Assembly: GCA_963840035.1 (NCBI GenBank)
Contig: CAWIXE010000002.1
Span: 1,472,001-1,536,000 of the forward strand
Origin: a candidate division FCPU426 bacterium
GTDB lineage: Bacteria; Oederibacteriota; PGYV01; Palsa-1178
Reading direction: 5' to 3'
DNA length: 64,000 bases
In this document: positions 43,952 through 53,995 of the stretch, piece by piece
How the letters are laid out: every line of letters begins with the position of its first letter
Numbering within the stretch: position 1 is the first letter of the stretch
Made by a program: the position numbers and the translations under genes
The notes under the pieces: model-generated
Seen by the model: the letters and a program-made list of their open reading frames with translations, nothing else
Told to the model about the DNA's origin: nothing
Databases searched by the model: none

Positions 43952-44466
43952 TTACTTTTTTGTCTTCTTATCTTCTTTTTTGTCGTCCCTTTTCTCTTCC
44001 TTTTTCGGGGCTTTCTTTTCTTTTTTTTCTTCCTTACCGTCTTCTTTCTTTGGGGCTTTAGGTTCTTTCTTGCCCTTTTCAGCTTTCGGTTCTTCTTTTT
44101 TGTAAAGTTCCTCGGCGCCTACGAGTTCTATCAAGCCCATTTCGGCATTATCGCCCGGCCTTGATTCCATCCTCATTATCCTGGTATATCCGCCCTTGCG
44201 TTCCTTAAATAATGGAGCTATTTCCTTGAAAAGCTTTACGAGGATATCCGGCTGCGTTATAATCCTGGCTACTTCTCTCCTGTTGTGGACAGAGTCAACC
44301 TTGGCCCTTGTAATCAAAGGCTCGACTACGCCCCTCAGATATTTTGCCTTCTGAAGTCCGGTCCTGATCCTGCCGTGCGTTAAAAGCTGAGCGTAAGGTT
44401 CTTAAAAAGGGCGATCCTGTGGCCCATTTCCCTTCTAAATTTCTTCTGCTTCTTTCCGTGTCTCAT
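43952..44466 (-). CDS. rplQ: 50S ribosomal protein L17, interrupted by a 1-nt frameshift near 44380-44395
   Basis: ATG 44466 gives MRHGKKQKKFRREMGHRIALFKNLTLSF*; the -1 frame continues LTHGRIRT..KGGYTRIM..RPGDNAEM. The span is 515 nt. Confidence 0.88.
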
Positions 44467-44534
44467 TTATGTTTCTCCTATTTTTGCTTTTGTCCTGAAA
44501 TGTAAACTTTCAGTTTTCAGCTTTAAGCTTTAAG

Positions 44535-45533
44535 TTATTTCTTGCCGCTTTTCTTGATCTCTTTTAATACTTCCTTATCGATCTTCATCCCGAGCCCCAT
44601 GCCCATTTCGTTGAGGACTTCTTTGATTTCGTTTAAGGATTTCCTGCCGAAGTTCCTGTATTTGAGCATATCAACTTCCGACTTTGTAACGAGGTCGGCT
44701 ATGGACTTAATGTTCGCGTTCTTTAAGCAGTTGGATGAGCGCACTGAAAGCTCGAGCTCTTCCACGCTCTTTGAGAGCATGTTTTTAAGCTTTTCCTTTT
44801 CCTCGTCAATCTTCTCTTCCTTGATATCCTCGATGGCGCCTTCCTGGCTGATAAAGATATTCAGGTATTCCCTGAGTATCAGCGCGGACTGTGTGAGCGC
44901 TATTTCCGGCGTGATCCTGCCGTCTGTCGTGATTTCGAGTACAAGCTTGTCATAGTCGGTTATCTGCCCGACCCTGGTGTTCTCGACTTCGAGCTTTACG
45001 TTTGTAACAGGCGTAAATATCGAGTCTGTCGGGAGGGTGCCTATCGGCATATCCGCCCTTTTGTTCTTGTCAGAAGTTACATAACCGCGTCCGACGTCTA
45101 CTTCCATTTCCATTGAAAGCCTTGCTTCCCTGCTTGTAAGGGTTGCTATGTGAAGGTCCGGGTTCAGTATCTTGATATCGCTGTCTTTCTTGATATCCGC
45201 GGCTGTTACTTCCCTTTCGCCGTCAACTTCAAGGTAAATCTTCTTGGGCGTTACTTCGCCCTCGACTACCAGGTTAAGCTGCTTTAAGTTTAGTATGATC
45301 TCGGATACATCTTCCATCACGCCGGTTAAAGTGGCGAATTCATGCTGAACGCCCTCTATCCTGACTGATGTGATGGCCGCTCCGGGAATCGAGGATAATA
45401 ATATCCTCCTGATTGCGTTCCCTATGGCTATGGCGTATCCGCGTTCAAACGGCTCTGATGTAAACCTGCCGAACTTATCACTCATTTCCTCTTTGTCTAA
45501 TTTTTTGGGCTTCTGTAAATTTTTCCATTTCAT
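44535..45533 (-). CDS. rpoA: RNA polymerase alpha subunit
   Basis: EPFERGY..GNAIRRILLSSIPG; LELSVRSSNCL; NFGRKSLNEI. Confidence 0.98.
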   Translation of the reverse strand: MKWKNLQKPKKLDKEEMSDKFGRFTSEPFERGYAIAIGNAIRRILLSSIPGAAITSVRIEGVQHEFATLTGVMEDVSEIILNLKQLNLVVEGEVTPKKIYLEVDGEREVTAADIKKDSDIKILNPDLHIATLTSREARLSMEMEVDVGRGYVTSDKNKRADMPIGTLPTDSIFTPVTNVKLEVENTRVGQITDYDKLVLEITTDGRITPEIALTQSALILREYLNIFISQEGAIEDIKEEKIDEEKEKLKNMLSKSVEELELSVRSSNCLKNANIKSIADLVTKSEVDMLKYRNFGRKSLNEIKEVLNEMGMGLGMKIDKEVLKEIKKSGKK

Positions 45534-45556
45534 TCTGTTTTACCCCTTTCCATTAT

Positions 45557-46192
45557 TTATTTGGAGTACAATTCAACAATCAGCTGTTCCTGTACCGGTA
45601 TTCCTATATCCGTCCTTACAGGCTCATTCTTTATTACCGCTTCATTCTTCTCGAAGTTCATTTCTATCCATGTCGGGACCGTCTTTTTCTTTGACGCCTC
45701 GAGCAGCGCTTTTTTGACGGAAATAAGGTTCATGCCCGCCTCTGAAAGCGTGATCTTCTCGCCCGGCTTAACTTCATATGATGCGATGTTTACTTTCTTT
45801 CCGTTTACGCGTACCACTCCGTGAAGGACTATCTGTCTGCCTTCCCTGCGCGATACGGCAAAACCGCATTTATGGATCGTATTATCAAGCCTTCTCTCAA
45901 GTATTTTCAGGAGATTCTCGCCTGTTTCACCCTGTCTCTGGACAGCGATTGAGAAATATCTCCTGAACTGCTTTTCATATACGCCGTAAATCCTTTTAAC
46001 TTTCTGTTTTTCCCTGAGCTGCTTTCCGTACTCAGATAGCTTTCTGCCCCTCTGCGTATCGTGATGCATGCCGGGAATGTACGGCCTGCGGGAGAACGCG
46101 CATTTGTCTGTCATGCACCTGTCGCCCTTTAAGTACAACTTGATGCCTTCCCTCCTGCACTGCCTGCATAATGCTGCTCTATATCTTGCCAC
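45557..46192 (-). CDS. rpsD: 30S ribosomal protein S4 (Cys-containing N-terminus)
   Basis: MARY..CRQCRREG..YGKQLREKQK; GTG start. Confidence 0.97.
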   Translation of the reverse strand: MARYRAALCRQCRREGIKLYLKGDRCMTDKCAFSRRPYIPGMHHDTQRGRKLSEYGKQLREKQKVKRIYGVYEKQFRRYFSIAVQRQGETGENLLKILERRLDNTIHKCGFAVSRREGRQIVLHGVVRVNGKKVNIASYEVKPGEKITLSEAGMNLISVKKALLEASKKKTVPTWIEMNFEKNEAVIKNEPVRTDIGIPVQEQLIVELYSK

Positions 46193-46266
46193 TTAACAAC
46201 CTCCTGCTAAATTCTTAGTTTTGTATTTGGTTTCAACTTTAAACTTTAAACTTTAAACTGTAAACT

Positions 46267-46641
46267 TTAAACTCGCCTTTTCTTCGGCGGCCTGCAGCCG
46301 TTGTGAGGAATCGGGGTTACGTCTTTAATCGACAGTATCTCAAGGCCTACTGCCTGAAGTGACCTGATAGCCGGTTCTCTTCCTTCGCCCGGGCCCTTTA
46401 CGTAAACTTCCACTTTTTTCATGCCGAGGTCCATAGCCTGCTTTCCCGCTTTTTCAGCGGCCAAGCCTGCCGCGTGAGGAGTTGATTTCCTCGCGCCCTT
46501 CATGCCCACGACTCCGCCGCTGGCCCAGGAAACTGTCTCCCCGTCCTTGGTGGTTATTGTAATTATCGTGTTGTTAAACGTGGAATTTATCCTGGCCACG
46601 CCGATTTCCGGAATTACTTTTGATTTCTTTTTTGTAGACAA
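46267..46641 (-). CDS. rpsK: 30S ribosomal protein S11
   Basis: [30 protein letters not shown] start. Confidence 0.97.
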   Translation of the reverse strand: MSTKKKSKVIPEIGVARINSTFNNTIITITTKDGETVSWASGGVVGMKGARKSTPHAAGLAAEKAGKQAMDLGMKKVEVYVKGPGEGREPAIRSLQAVGLEILSIKDVTPIPHNGCRPPKKRRV

Positions 46642-46658
46642 GTTACTTCCTCCTTAAA

Positions 46659-47075
46659 TTAAGCTTTTTTGGGCGCTGATGCCGGTGCTGATGCCGGTGC
46701 TGCCGTCTTTTTTCCCGCGCCTACGGTTTTCTTCGGGCCTTTCCTTGTCCTGGCATTTGTACGAGTCCTCTGCCCGCGGACCGGCAGCCCCTTGCGGTGG
46801 CGCAGCCCTCTGTAGCTTCCTATGTCCATAAGCCTTTTAATATTCTGTGTTACTTCCTTGCGAAGGTCTCCTTCTACCTTAACCTGTTTGGTCAGGATGG
46901 TATCCTGAATCTTGTAGACTTCCTGCTCGGTTAAGTTGAAAACCCTGGTATCCGGATTTACGCCGGCGTCCTTTAATATCGCCCTGGCCATCGAATTTCC
47001 GATGCCATAAACGTATGTTAAAGCTACCTCTATCCTCTTGTTTTTTGGTAAATCAATGCCTGATATACGCGCCAA
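46659..47075 (-). CDS. rpsM: 30S ribosomal protein S13
   Basis: [31 protein letters not shown] start. Confidence 0.97.
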   Translation of the reverse strand: MARISGIDLPKNKRIEVALTYVYGIGNSMARAILKDAGVNPDTRVFNLTEQEVYKIQDTILTKQVKVEGDLRKEVTQNIKRLMDIGSYRGLRHRKGLPVRGQRTRTNARTRKGPKKTVGAGKKTAAPASAPASAPKKA

Positions 47076-47087
47076 TTTCCAGCCTCC

Positions 47088-47201
47088 TTATCCCTGTCTC
47101 TGTTTGTGTTTGGGATTCTCGCAAATAACTTTTACTATCCCTTTTCTTTTCACGATCTTGCATTTCTCACATATTTTTTTAACCGATGCTCTTACTTTCA
47201 T
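47088..47201 (-). CDS. rpmJ: 50S ribosomal protein L36 (Zn-binding type)
   Basis: Manual translation [37 protein letters not shown]; below the ORF-track cutoff. Confidence 0.97.
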   Translation of the reverse strand: MKVRASVKKICEKCKIVKRKGIVKVICENPKHKQRQG

Positions 47202-47437
47202 TTCTGTTCACCTCTTTGTTTTCCGTGCCTGTATATTATTCTGCCTTTTGTAAGGTCATACGGCGAAAGCTGTACTGTTATCTTGTCCCCGGGGAGGAGC
47301 TTTATAAAGTTCATCCTCATTTTTCCGGAAACATGCGCGAGCACTTTATGCCCGTTTTCGAGCTGTACCCTGAAAGTCGCGTTCGGGAGCGGCTCTACGA
47401 TTACGCCTTCCGCTTCAATCATATCTTCCTTGCTCAT
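47198..47437 (-). CDS. infA: Translation initiation factor IF-1
   Basis: [32 protein letters not shown]. Confidence 0.97.
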   Translation of the reverse strand: MSKEDMIEAEGVIVEPLPNATFRVQLENGHKVLAHVSGKMRMNFIKLLPGDKITVQLSPYDLTKGRIIYRHGKQRGEQK

Positions 47438-47485
47438 CTACTGTCCTTTCTTTTATAATCTGAATTCCGCATCCCGCATCCCGGA

Positions 47486-48235
47486 TTATCCGAGAGTGAG
47501 AATCTGCGGTCCTTCTTCCGTAATGGCTATCGTGTGTTCATAATGCGCCGAAAGGGACTTGTCCTTTGTTACAACCGTCCATTCGTCATCCATCACGTCC
47601 ACTTCATAACCGCCGGCGTTTATCATGGGTTCTATGGCAATCACGATTCCGGGTTCAAGCACAATGCCTGTCCCCTGTTTCCCGTAGTTCGGCACCATCG
47701 GGTCTTCGTGTAAATGCCTGCCGACTCCGTGCCCGACAAAATCGCGGACAACTGAAAAACCCGAGGATTCCGCGTGCTTCTGGACTGCAGCCGATATATC
47801 ATATAGCCGTCCGCCCGCCTTGGCCTGCTCTATACCTTTGTATAAAGCCTGCTTCGTGACATCCATGAGTTTCCTTGCCTGCCCGTTAATATTGCCTACG
47901 GCAACCGTCAGCGCCGAATCGGCGAAAAATCCGCCGTACTCGACCCCAAAATCAAGCGACACTATGTCGCCTTCTTTTAATATCCTCTTTTTAGTGGGAA
48001 ACCCGTGCACTACCTCGCTGTTAATCGAGACGCACACCGCCGCGCTGTATCCGCGGTAGCCCAAAAAGGCCGCTTTCGCGCCGAAACTTTTTGTCATTTT
48101 CCTGGCCGTTTCATCAAGATCAAATGTTACCAGCCCGGGTTTCACCATTTCTTCCAGCTTTTTAAGAACAAGCGCGACCATACGGCCGCTTTCCTTAATC
48201 TTCTTTATTTCATCCGCAGTTTTTAATTCTACCAT
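47486..48235 (-). CDS. map: Methionine aminopeptidase type I
   Basis: VVHG, GDIVSLDFG, GHGVG..HEDP, AIEPM, SAHYEHT. Confidence 0.97.
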   Translation of the reverse strand: MVELKTADEIKKIKESGRMVALVLKKLEEMVKPGLVTFDLDETARKMTKSFGAKAAFLGYRGYSAAVCVSINSEVVHGFPTKKRILKEGDIVSLDFGVEYGGFFADSALTVAVGNINGQARKLMDVTKQALYKGIEQAKAGGRLYDISAAVQKHAESSGFSVVRDFVGHGVGRHLHEDPMVPNYGKQGTGIVLEPGIVIAIEPMINAGGYEVDVMDDEWTVVTKDKSLSAHYEHTIAITEEGPQILTLG

Positions 48236-48241
48236 CAGCGG

Positions 48242-48889
48242 TTACTTTCCAACTACCTCAGTTATCTTTTTTACTATATCGTCTATCGCGCCTTCAGAGG
48301 CGTCGATATCAGCAATCACGTTTTTCTTCCTGTAATAATCTATGAGCGGCGCTGTCTGTTTGTCGTACACAACCAGCCTGTTCTCAATAGTTTCCGGCTT
48401 ATCGTCGTTGCGCTGGTACAGTTCTCCGCCGCATTTATCGCACTTGCCTTCAACCGCGGGCGGTAAAGTGTAGATATTAAAGTTCGCTCCGCAGCCCTTG
48501 CACATTCTTCTGCCGGTGAGCCTCTTAAACAGCACGTCTTTCTTTACGTCTATATTTATGACTTTGTTAAGCGTTAAATTTGCCTTCTTGAATAGGAACT
48601 CAAGAGCGTCAGCCTGTTCCACTGTCCTTGGGAATCCGTCCAGAAGGAATCCGGGCTTGCAGTCAGCGTTCTTTATCCTGTCAGCAACAAGTTCCACAAT
48701 AAGTTCATCCGGTACCAGCAGACCCTTATCCATATAATCCTTGGCCTGTTTTCCCAGTTCCGTTCCTTCTTTTACATTTGCCCTTAAGATGTCGCCCGTT
48801 GATATCTGCGGTATCTTATATATGTTAATTAATTTTCCTGAATACGTCCCTTTTCCTGCGCCCGGAGGGCCTAACAGTATGAATATCAT
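48242..48889 (-). CDS. adk: Adenylate kinase (Zn-LID type)
   Basis: GPPGAGKGT, LDGFPR, CKGC..CDKC; start moved to ATG 48889. Confidence 0.97.
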   Translation of the reverse strand: MIFILLGPPGAGKGTYSGKLINIYKIPQISTGDILRANVKEGTELGKQAKDYMDKGLLVPDELIVELVADRIKNADCKPGFLLDGFPRTVEQADALEFLFKKANLTLNKVINIDVKKDVLFKRLTGRRMCKGCGANFNIYTLPPAVEGKCDKCGGELYQRNDDKPETIENRLVVYDKQTAPLIDYYRKKNVIADIDASEGAIDDIVKKITEVVGK

Positions 48890-48981
48890 AAATACCTCCA
48901 AATTAAAATTTGAAACTTAAAACTGAAAGTTGGAGCTTAAAGCCTCACTTTTCAGTTTTCAGCTTTCAGTTTCCAGCTGCC

Positions 48982-50313
48982 TTACCCGCGTCTTCCGCGT
49001 ATCCTGCCGGTCTTCATAAATCCTTCGTAATGCCTCATTAACAGATGCGACTCCATCTGTGAGACAAGGTCAAGCGCGACGCCCACCATAATAAGAAGCG
49101 TGGTGCCTCCGAAATACGATCCTACCTCGAGCCAGCGGCTCATTGCGTCCGGTATTACCGCTATGACTACAATCATCAGCGCTCCGCCGAGTGTTATGTG
49201 CGAAAGTATGTTGTTGATATACTCGGCTGTCGGCTGTCCCGGCCTTATGCCGGGAACAAACCCGCCGTATTTTTTCATATTCTCCGCCACATCGTTCGGA
49301 TTAAATGTCATGGCAGTGTAAAAATAGCAGAAAAAAATTATCAAAGCCGCGTAAAGGATTACATATATGGGATGACCCGGCGCCATGGCTGTTGCAATCC
49401 ACGACATAACAGTCTGAAAAGCATTGTTCTGTCCCGGCCTTTCCATAAACTTCGCCACCATGGAAGGTATTATCATTACCGAGGACGAGAAGATTACGGC
49501 TATAACGCCTGAATAATCGACTTTAAGCGGGAGCTGTGTTGACTGCCCCCTGTATATCTTCCTTCCTACTATACGCTGCGCGTACTGGACAGGAATTTTC
49601 CTGAAAGACTGCTGGGAGACTACAGCCAGTCCGGTCAAAGCTATCATAATCGCGAGGAATATCAAAACTTCAAATAAATTCGTTGTACCGGCCTGCATAA
49701 GCGCGATAGTCCTTCCAATCTGCGAAGGAATAGCCGCGACTATACCCGCTAAAATTATCAATGACATTCCGTTCCCTATACCATGCTCTGTCATCTGCTC
49801 GCCGAGCCACATCAAAAATATCGTGCCTCCGGTTAAAGTAAGCACCGTGGTCAGGACAAAAAGCGGTCCATAATCAGGCACCAGCTTCATACCGCCCACT
49901 TCAACGGTCTTCAGCCAGAAAGTCACGGCAAATGACTGGAACGCGCAAATACCCACTGTAAGAAACCTTGTATACTGTGTTATTTTCTTCCTGCCCGCGT
50001 CGCCTTCTTTAGAAAGGGCTTCAAGGGCCGGTATTACCGCTGTCAGAAGCTGCAGTATAATAGAAGCAGAAATGTAAGGCATAACACCCAGGGAAAATAT
50101 CGTGAACTGCTTTAAAGCCCCGCCGGAAAAGAGGTCAAGAAACCCCAGTATTCCGCCGGCCTGCGAAGAAATGAGCATTTCCATGGCCTGTGTGTTTATA
50201 CCCGGTGTCGGTACGTGAGTGCCGAGCCTGAATACAAAAAGCATTCCAAGGACAAATAAAACCCTTTTCCTGAGTTCAGGTATCCTGAATATATTGCCTA
50301 CTGAATCCATCAT
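48982..50313 (-). CDS. secY: Preprotein translocase SecY
   Basis: LGVMPYISASII, WLGEQMTEHGIGNG, IPGIRPG, GGTTLLIMVGV. Confidence 0.98.
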   Translation of the reverse strand: MMDSVGNIFRIPELRKRVLFVLGMLFVFRLGTHVPTPGINTQAMEMLISSQAGGILGFLDLFSGGALKQFTIFSLGVMPYISASIILQLLTAVIPALEALSKEGDAGRKKITQYTRFLTVGICAFQSFAVTFWLKTVEVGGMKLVPDYGPLFVLTTVLTLTGGTIFLMWLGEQMTEHGIGNGMSLIILAGIVAAIPSQIGRTIALMQAGTTNLFEVLIFLAIMIALTGLAVVSQQSFRKIPVQYAQRIVGRKIYRGQSTQLPLKVDYSGVIAVIFSSSVMIIPSMVAKFMERPGQNNAFQTVMSWIATAMAPGHPIYVILYAALIIFFCYFYTAMTFNPNDVAENMKKYGGFVPGIRPGQPTAEYINNILSHITLGGALMIVVIAVIPDAMSRWLEVGSYFGGTTLLIMVGVALDLVSQMESHLLMRHYEGFMKTGRIRGRRG

Positions 50314-50756
50314 TTTACAAGTTCCGCCTTTCCGCCGGCATTCTTAATCTTAGTTACAGCGCTGGCAGAAAATTTATCAGCAGTTACGTTAAATGCTTTC
50401 TTAGTTTCCCCGTTTCCGAGGACTTTTAATTTTTTCTTTTTTGATTTGATCAGGCCAACTTCATAAAGCGACTCTTTTGTTACGGCCGCGCCTGAGCTGA
50501 ATTTCTCGTCTATCATTTCCAGGTTTACTATCTGGTATTCCACCCTGAAAATATTATTAAATCCGACTTTCGGCATCCTCTGGACGAACCTCTGCTGTCC
50601 GCCTTCGAACCATGGCGCTTTGGCGCCGCCTGAGCGCGCTCTCTGGCCTTTATGGCCTTTGGTCGAGGTTTTTCCCATGCCGCTTCCCGTACCGCGGCCG
50701 AGCCTCTTTCTGCTTGTCCTCTTCTTCTTATTTATCTTTAGGTCTTTAAATTCCAT
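50310..50756 (-). CDS. rplO: 50S ribosomal protein L15
   Basis: RLGRGTGSGMGKTS..GQRARSG..FEGGQ. Confidence 0.97.
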   Translation of the reverse strand: MEFKDLKINKKKRTSRKRLGRGTGSGMGKTSTKGHKGQRARSGGAKAPWFEGGQQRFVQRMPKVGFNNIFRVEYQIVNLEMIDEKFSSGAAVTKESLYEVGLIKSKKKKLKVLGNGETKKAFNVTADKFSASAVTKIKNAGGKAELVK

Positions 50757-50785
50757 TTTTTATCCTCCGTTTATAGTGCTGCTCT

Positions 50786-50965
50786 TTACTGCTCTTCAAC
50801 CTTTACCATAAATCCTATTTTCCTGATTGCTCCGTCTAACTGCGCGTTCTTCTCAAATATCCTCGATGAACCTATCTTCTTAAGCCCGAGCGCCTTAATT
50901 GTCGCCCTGTTCGACGGGATCTGCCCCGCCATTGACTGCTTTAAGGTGATCTTTACTTTTGCCAT
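50786..50965 (-). CDS. rpmD: 50S ribosomal protein L30
   Basis: Manual translation MAKVKITLKQSMAGQIPSNRATIKALGLKKIG...; canonical position between rpsE and rplO. Confidence 0.93.
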   Translation of the reverse strand: MAKVKITLKQSMAGQIPSNRATIKALGLKKIGSSRIFEKNAQLDGAIRKIGFMVKVEEQ

Positions 50966-50966
50966 T

Positions 50967-51455
50967 TTATTTGCCCTTCCTTAAAGTTAATATTGTTTCC
51001 GGGTCCCTTAACTGTTTGATAGCCTCAAAAGTGGCGTATACAACATTGTAAGGGTTCGTGGTCCTTCCGACGCATTTCGCCAGGATATCATGTATGCCTG
51101 CCGACTCGACTATTGCGCGAACCGCTGAACCGGCGATTACTCCGGTACCGGGCGCTGCCGGTTTCAGCAGCACTTTTGCGGCTCCGAAATCTCCTGTAAC
51201 TTCATAAGGTATTGTCGTGCCTTTCATAGGGATCTTCTTCAGGCCTTTCTTGGCGCGAAGGATCGCTTTTTTAATGGCTTCCGGCACTTCCCTTGCTTTG
51301 CCGAGGCCGTAGCCTACCGATCCATGGCCGTCGCCGACGATTGCAAGGCACGCGAACTTAAACCTTTTTCCGCCTTTTACAACCTTGGCTACCCTGTTTA
51401 TGCTTACAATTCTCTCTTTAAGGTCTGATTTTGCGCTGTCCATCCTGGGTTTCAA
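50967..51455 (-). CDS. rpsE: 30S ribosomal protein S5
   Basis: [28 protein letters not shown] start. Confidence 0.97.
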   Translation of the reverse strand: MKPRMDSAKSDLKERIVSINRVAKVVKGGKRFKFACLAIVGDGHGSVGYGLGKAREVPEAIKKAILRAKKGLKKIPMKGTTIPYEVTGDFGAAKVLLKPAAPGTGVIAGSAVRAIVESAGIHDILAKCVGRTTNPYNVVYATFEAIKQLRDPETILTLRKGK

Positions 51456-51471
51456 AAAGTATTACCTCCTC

Positions 51472-51846
51472 TTAAAATTTTATGCCGGCTTCGCGTGCCG
51501 AATCGGCAAACGCTTTTACAACGCCGTGATATTGATAACCGCCCCTGTCAAATACGACCGCGGTGATTCCCTTTGCCTTGCATTTTTCCGCGACTGCTTT
51601 GCCGAGTTTTACAGCGGCTTCCTGATTTTTTCCCTTTATGCCGGCTTCCTTAGAGTTGGTGGCCAGGCCCAATATGGTCTTTTTCGCCATATCGTCGATA
51701 ACCTGCGCAACAAGCGTGCTGCTGCCCTTAAAAAATGAAAGCCTCGGTTTTTCAGACGTGCCGCTGACATGCTTGCGGCCCCTGTCGTGCCTCATAATCC
51801 TTTTAGACCTTACTTTGTTTGTCCTTTTTTTAAACTTTATTCTCAT
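51472..51846 (-). CDS. rplR: 50S ribosomal protein L18
   Basis: PRLS, VVFDRGGYQYHG..AREAG. Confidence 0.96.
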   Translation of the reverse strand: MRIKFKKRTNKVRSKRIMRHDRGRKHVSGTSEKPRLSFFKGSSTLVAQVIDDMAKKTILGLATNSKEAGIKGKNQEAAVKLGKAVAEKCKAKGITAVVFDRGGYQYHGVVKAFADSAREAGIKF

Positions 51847-51930
51847 TTTAAATCATTTCCTCCTGCCTATAATATAGCCCGGCTTACGTATTCCTCCCAT
51901 TTTAGAGGGAGGCTGAAGGCGGGTATAACT

Positions 51931-52491
51931 TTACTTTGCCTTTGCTCCGGCCGCGCTCTTTCCGGCCTTCCTTCTGATCTTTTCGCCTTCATACATTACG
52001 CCTTTGCCCTGATAAGGTTCCGGGAGCTTAAGCTGCTTTATCTCTGCGGCTACCTGTCCAACAACATGTTTGTCAGTGCCGGTTATGGTTATCTTTGTCT
52101 GATTGTCCACTACAGCCGTTATGCCGTCCGGTAATGTGTAATCGAGCGGGTGCGAAAATCCGAGGGTGAAGTTAAGCGTCCTGCCCGCGAGATTTGCCCT
52201 GTATCCGACGCCTTTTAAAATAAGGGTCTTTACATACCCTTCGGTTACGCCGAACACTTTATTGTTAATGGTCGCCCTTTCCATTCCGAAAAGCGCCTGT
52301 CCGTTCTTTAAATCTTCCAGCCCGGCTTTCGGTATGACTGTCAGTGTGTTATTCTCGACTTTGTAGTCGAAATACTGCGAGACAGCATGCTGTGCCTTGC
52401 CTTTGGGGCCTTCAATGTTTATAACGGCGCCCGCAACCGCGACTTTTACCTTCTCAGGTATTGCTACTGGTTTTTTTCCTATTCTTGACAT
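51931..52491 (-). CDS. rplF: 50S ribosomal protein L6
   Basis: MSRIGKKPV, GVGYRA, PEPYQGKG. Confidence 0.97.
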   Translation of the reverse strand: MSRIGKKPVAIPEKVKVAVAGAVINIEGPKGKAQHAVSQYFDYKVENNTLTVIPKAGLEDLKNGQALFGMERATINNKVFGVTEGYVKTLILKGVGYRANLAGRTLNFTLGFSHPLDYTLPDGITAVVDNQTKITITGTDKHVVGQVAAEIKQLKLPEPYQGKGVMYEGEKIRRKAGKSAAGAKAK

Positions 52492-52505
52492 TGCTTATTC
52501 TCCTT

Positions 52506-52895
52506 TTACCATATCTCGCAAATTATTTCGCCGCCGACTTTTTCTTTCCTTGCATTGGCGCCCGACATTATTCCTTTTGATGTCGAAACTATAAGCATTC
52601 CTATGCCGCTTTTGACTTTTTTGATGTCTTCAAATGCGGAGTATACCCTTCTCGATGACTTGCTCACCCTTTTGATGGAGTGTATCGCCTTTTCCTTATT
52701 GTCGCCGTATTTGAGGTAAACCCTTATGTTGCCCTGTTTATTGTCCTCAATATACCTGTAGCCTTTTATAAAGCCCTCTTCTTTGAGGAGCTTTACTATG
52801 TTCTGTTTTACCTTTGATGAAGGTACGTCAACATAATCTTTCCTTTTGGCGTTGGCGTTCCTGATCCTTGTAAGTAAATCCGCGATCGTGTCCAT
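52506..52895 (-). CDS. rpsH: 30S ribosomal protein S8
   Basis: DTIADLLTRIRNA, STSKGIM, GGEII. Confidence 0.97.
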   Translation of the reverse strand: MDTIADLLTRIRNANAKRKDYVDVPSSKVKQNIVKLLKEEGFIKGYRYIEDNKQGNIRVYLKYGDNKEKAIHSIKRVSKSSRRVYSAFEDIKKVKSGIGMLIVSTSKGIMSGANARKEKVGGEIICEIW

Positions 52896-52905
52896 TATTC
52901 CTCCT

Positions 52906-53091
52906 TTACCAGCTTGATTTCTTTATGCCGGGAATTTCGCCTTTATAAGCGAGAGCCCTGAAACATATTCTGCAAACTCCGAATTTCCTCATGTATGCCC
53001 TGGGCCTGCCGCAAATCGAGCACCTGTTGTTCTTCCTTGTAGAAAATTTCGGTTTCATCTTTGACTTGTTTATCATTGCCGTAGTTGCCAC
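52906..53091 (-). CDS. rpsZ: 30S ribosomal protein S14 (Zn-binding type Z)
   Basis: [24 protein letters not shown] start. Confidence 0.96.
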   Translation of the reverse strand: MATTAMINKSKMKPKFSTRKNNRCSICGRPRAYMRKFGVCRICFRALAYKGEIPGIKKSSW

Positions 53092-53103
53092 TGTGTATCC
53101 TCC

Positions 53104-53646
53104 TTATTTCTTGCGGAACGGCATGCCGAGAGCTTCCAGAAGGAAGAACGCGTCATCGTTTGTCTTTGCCGTCGTTACGAATGTTATGTCCATGCCCATT
53201 ACCACGAGCACTTTCTCGAATTTAACCTCTGGAAAAATTATCTGTTCCTTCAGTCCCATTGTATAATTCCCGCGGCCATCGAAAGAATTTCTCGGTACGC
53301 CGTTAAAATCCCTTACCCTGGGAAGCGCGAGTGATATGAACCTGTCAAGGAACTCATACATCCTGTTGCCGCGCAGCGTTACTTTGGCGCCGATAGGCAT
53401 GTTCTCCCTGAGCTTGAAGTTCGATATCGAGGTCTTTGATTTTGTGATGACCGGTTTCTGTCCGGTAATCGCGGTTAATTCCTCAACCGCTTCGTCAAGA
53501 GCCTTGATATTCTGGGTCGCTTCTCCGACGCCCATGTTTAACACCATTTTTTCCAGCCTTGGTACCTGGAATTTATTCTTGTAGCCCTGTGCCTCCATTA
53601 ATTTCGGCACTATTTCTTTCTCGTATTTAACCTTAAGCCTTGCCAT
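53104..53646 (-). CDS. rplE: 50S ribosomal protein L5
   Basis: [27 protein letters not shown]. Confidence 0.97.
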   Translation of the reverse strand: MARLKVKYEKEIVPKLMEAQGYKNKFQVPRLEKMVLNMGVGEATQNIKALDEAVEELTAITGQKPVITKSKTSISNFKLRENMPIGAKVTLRGNRMYEFLDRFISLALPRVRDFNGVPRNSFDGRGNYTMGLKEQIIFPEVKFEKVLVVMGMDITFVTTAKTNDDAFFLLEALGMPFRKK

Positions 53647-53659
53647 TTATTTAGGCCTC

Positions 53660-53983
53660 CTATTTTTCGTCTATCATTTCATTGCATTTCTTGCATATAC
53701 GGACGTGCTTGCCGCCGGCTAACGCGCCGACCTTTACTTTTGTGGCTTTGCCGCACTTGTTGCATATCAGCATTACCTTGGATACCGGCAGCGCCGCTTC
53801 TTTTTCAAGAATGCCGCCCTGCTGCACTTTCTGCGAAGGCTTTGTATGCCTTTTTACAAAATTAATTTTCTCAACTATAACCTTGTTGGTCTCGTATAAT
53901 ACTTTAAGGACTTTGCCTGACTTACCGGCGTCTTTTCCCGCCAGCACGGTCACTATGTCATTTTTTCTGATTTTAGTTTTCAT
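53660..53983 (-). CDS. rplX: 50S ribosomal protein L24
   Basis: VLAGKDAGKSGKV, GGILEKEA. Confidence 0.96.
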   Translation of the reverse strand: MKTKIRKNDIVTVLAGKDAGKSGKVLKVLYETNKVIVEKINFVKRHTKPSQKVQQGGILEKEAALPVSKVMLICNKCGKATKVKVGALAGGKHVRICKKCNEMIDEK

Positions 53984-53995
53984 CTGTTCATCCTC

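Noticed and set aside
44380..44415. Canonical programmed -1 frameshift in rplQ
   Set aside because: There is no in-frame X XXY YYZ heptamer in the permitted window, and slipping at CTT TTT AAG would hit an immediate TAA in the -1 frame. An indel error is more parsimonious.
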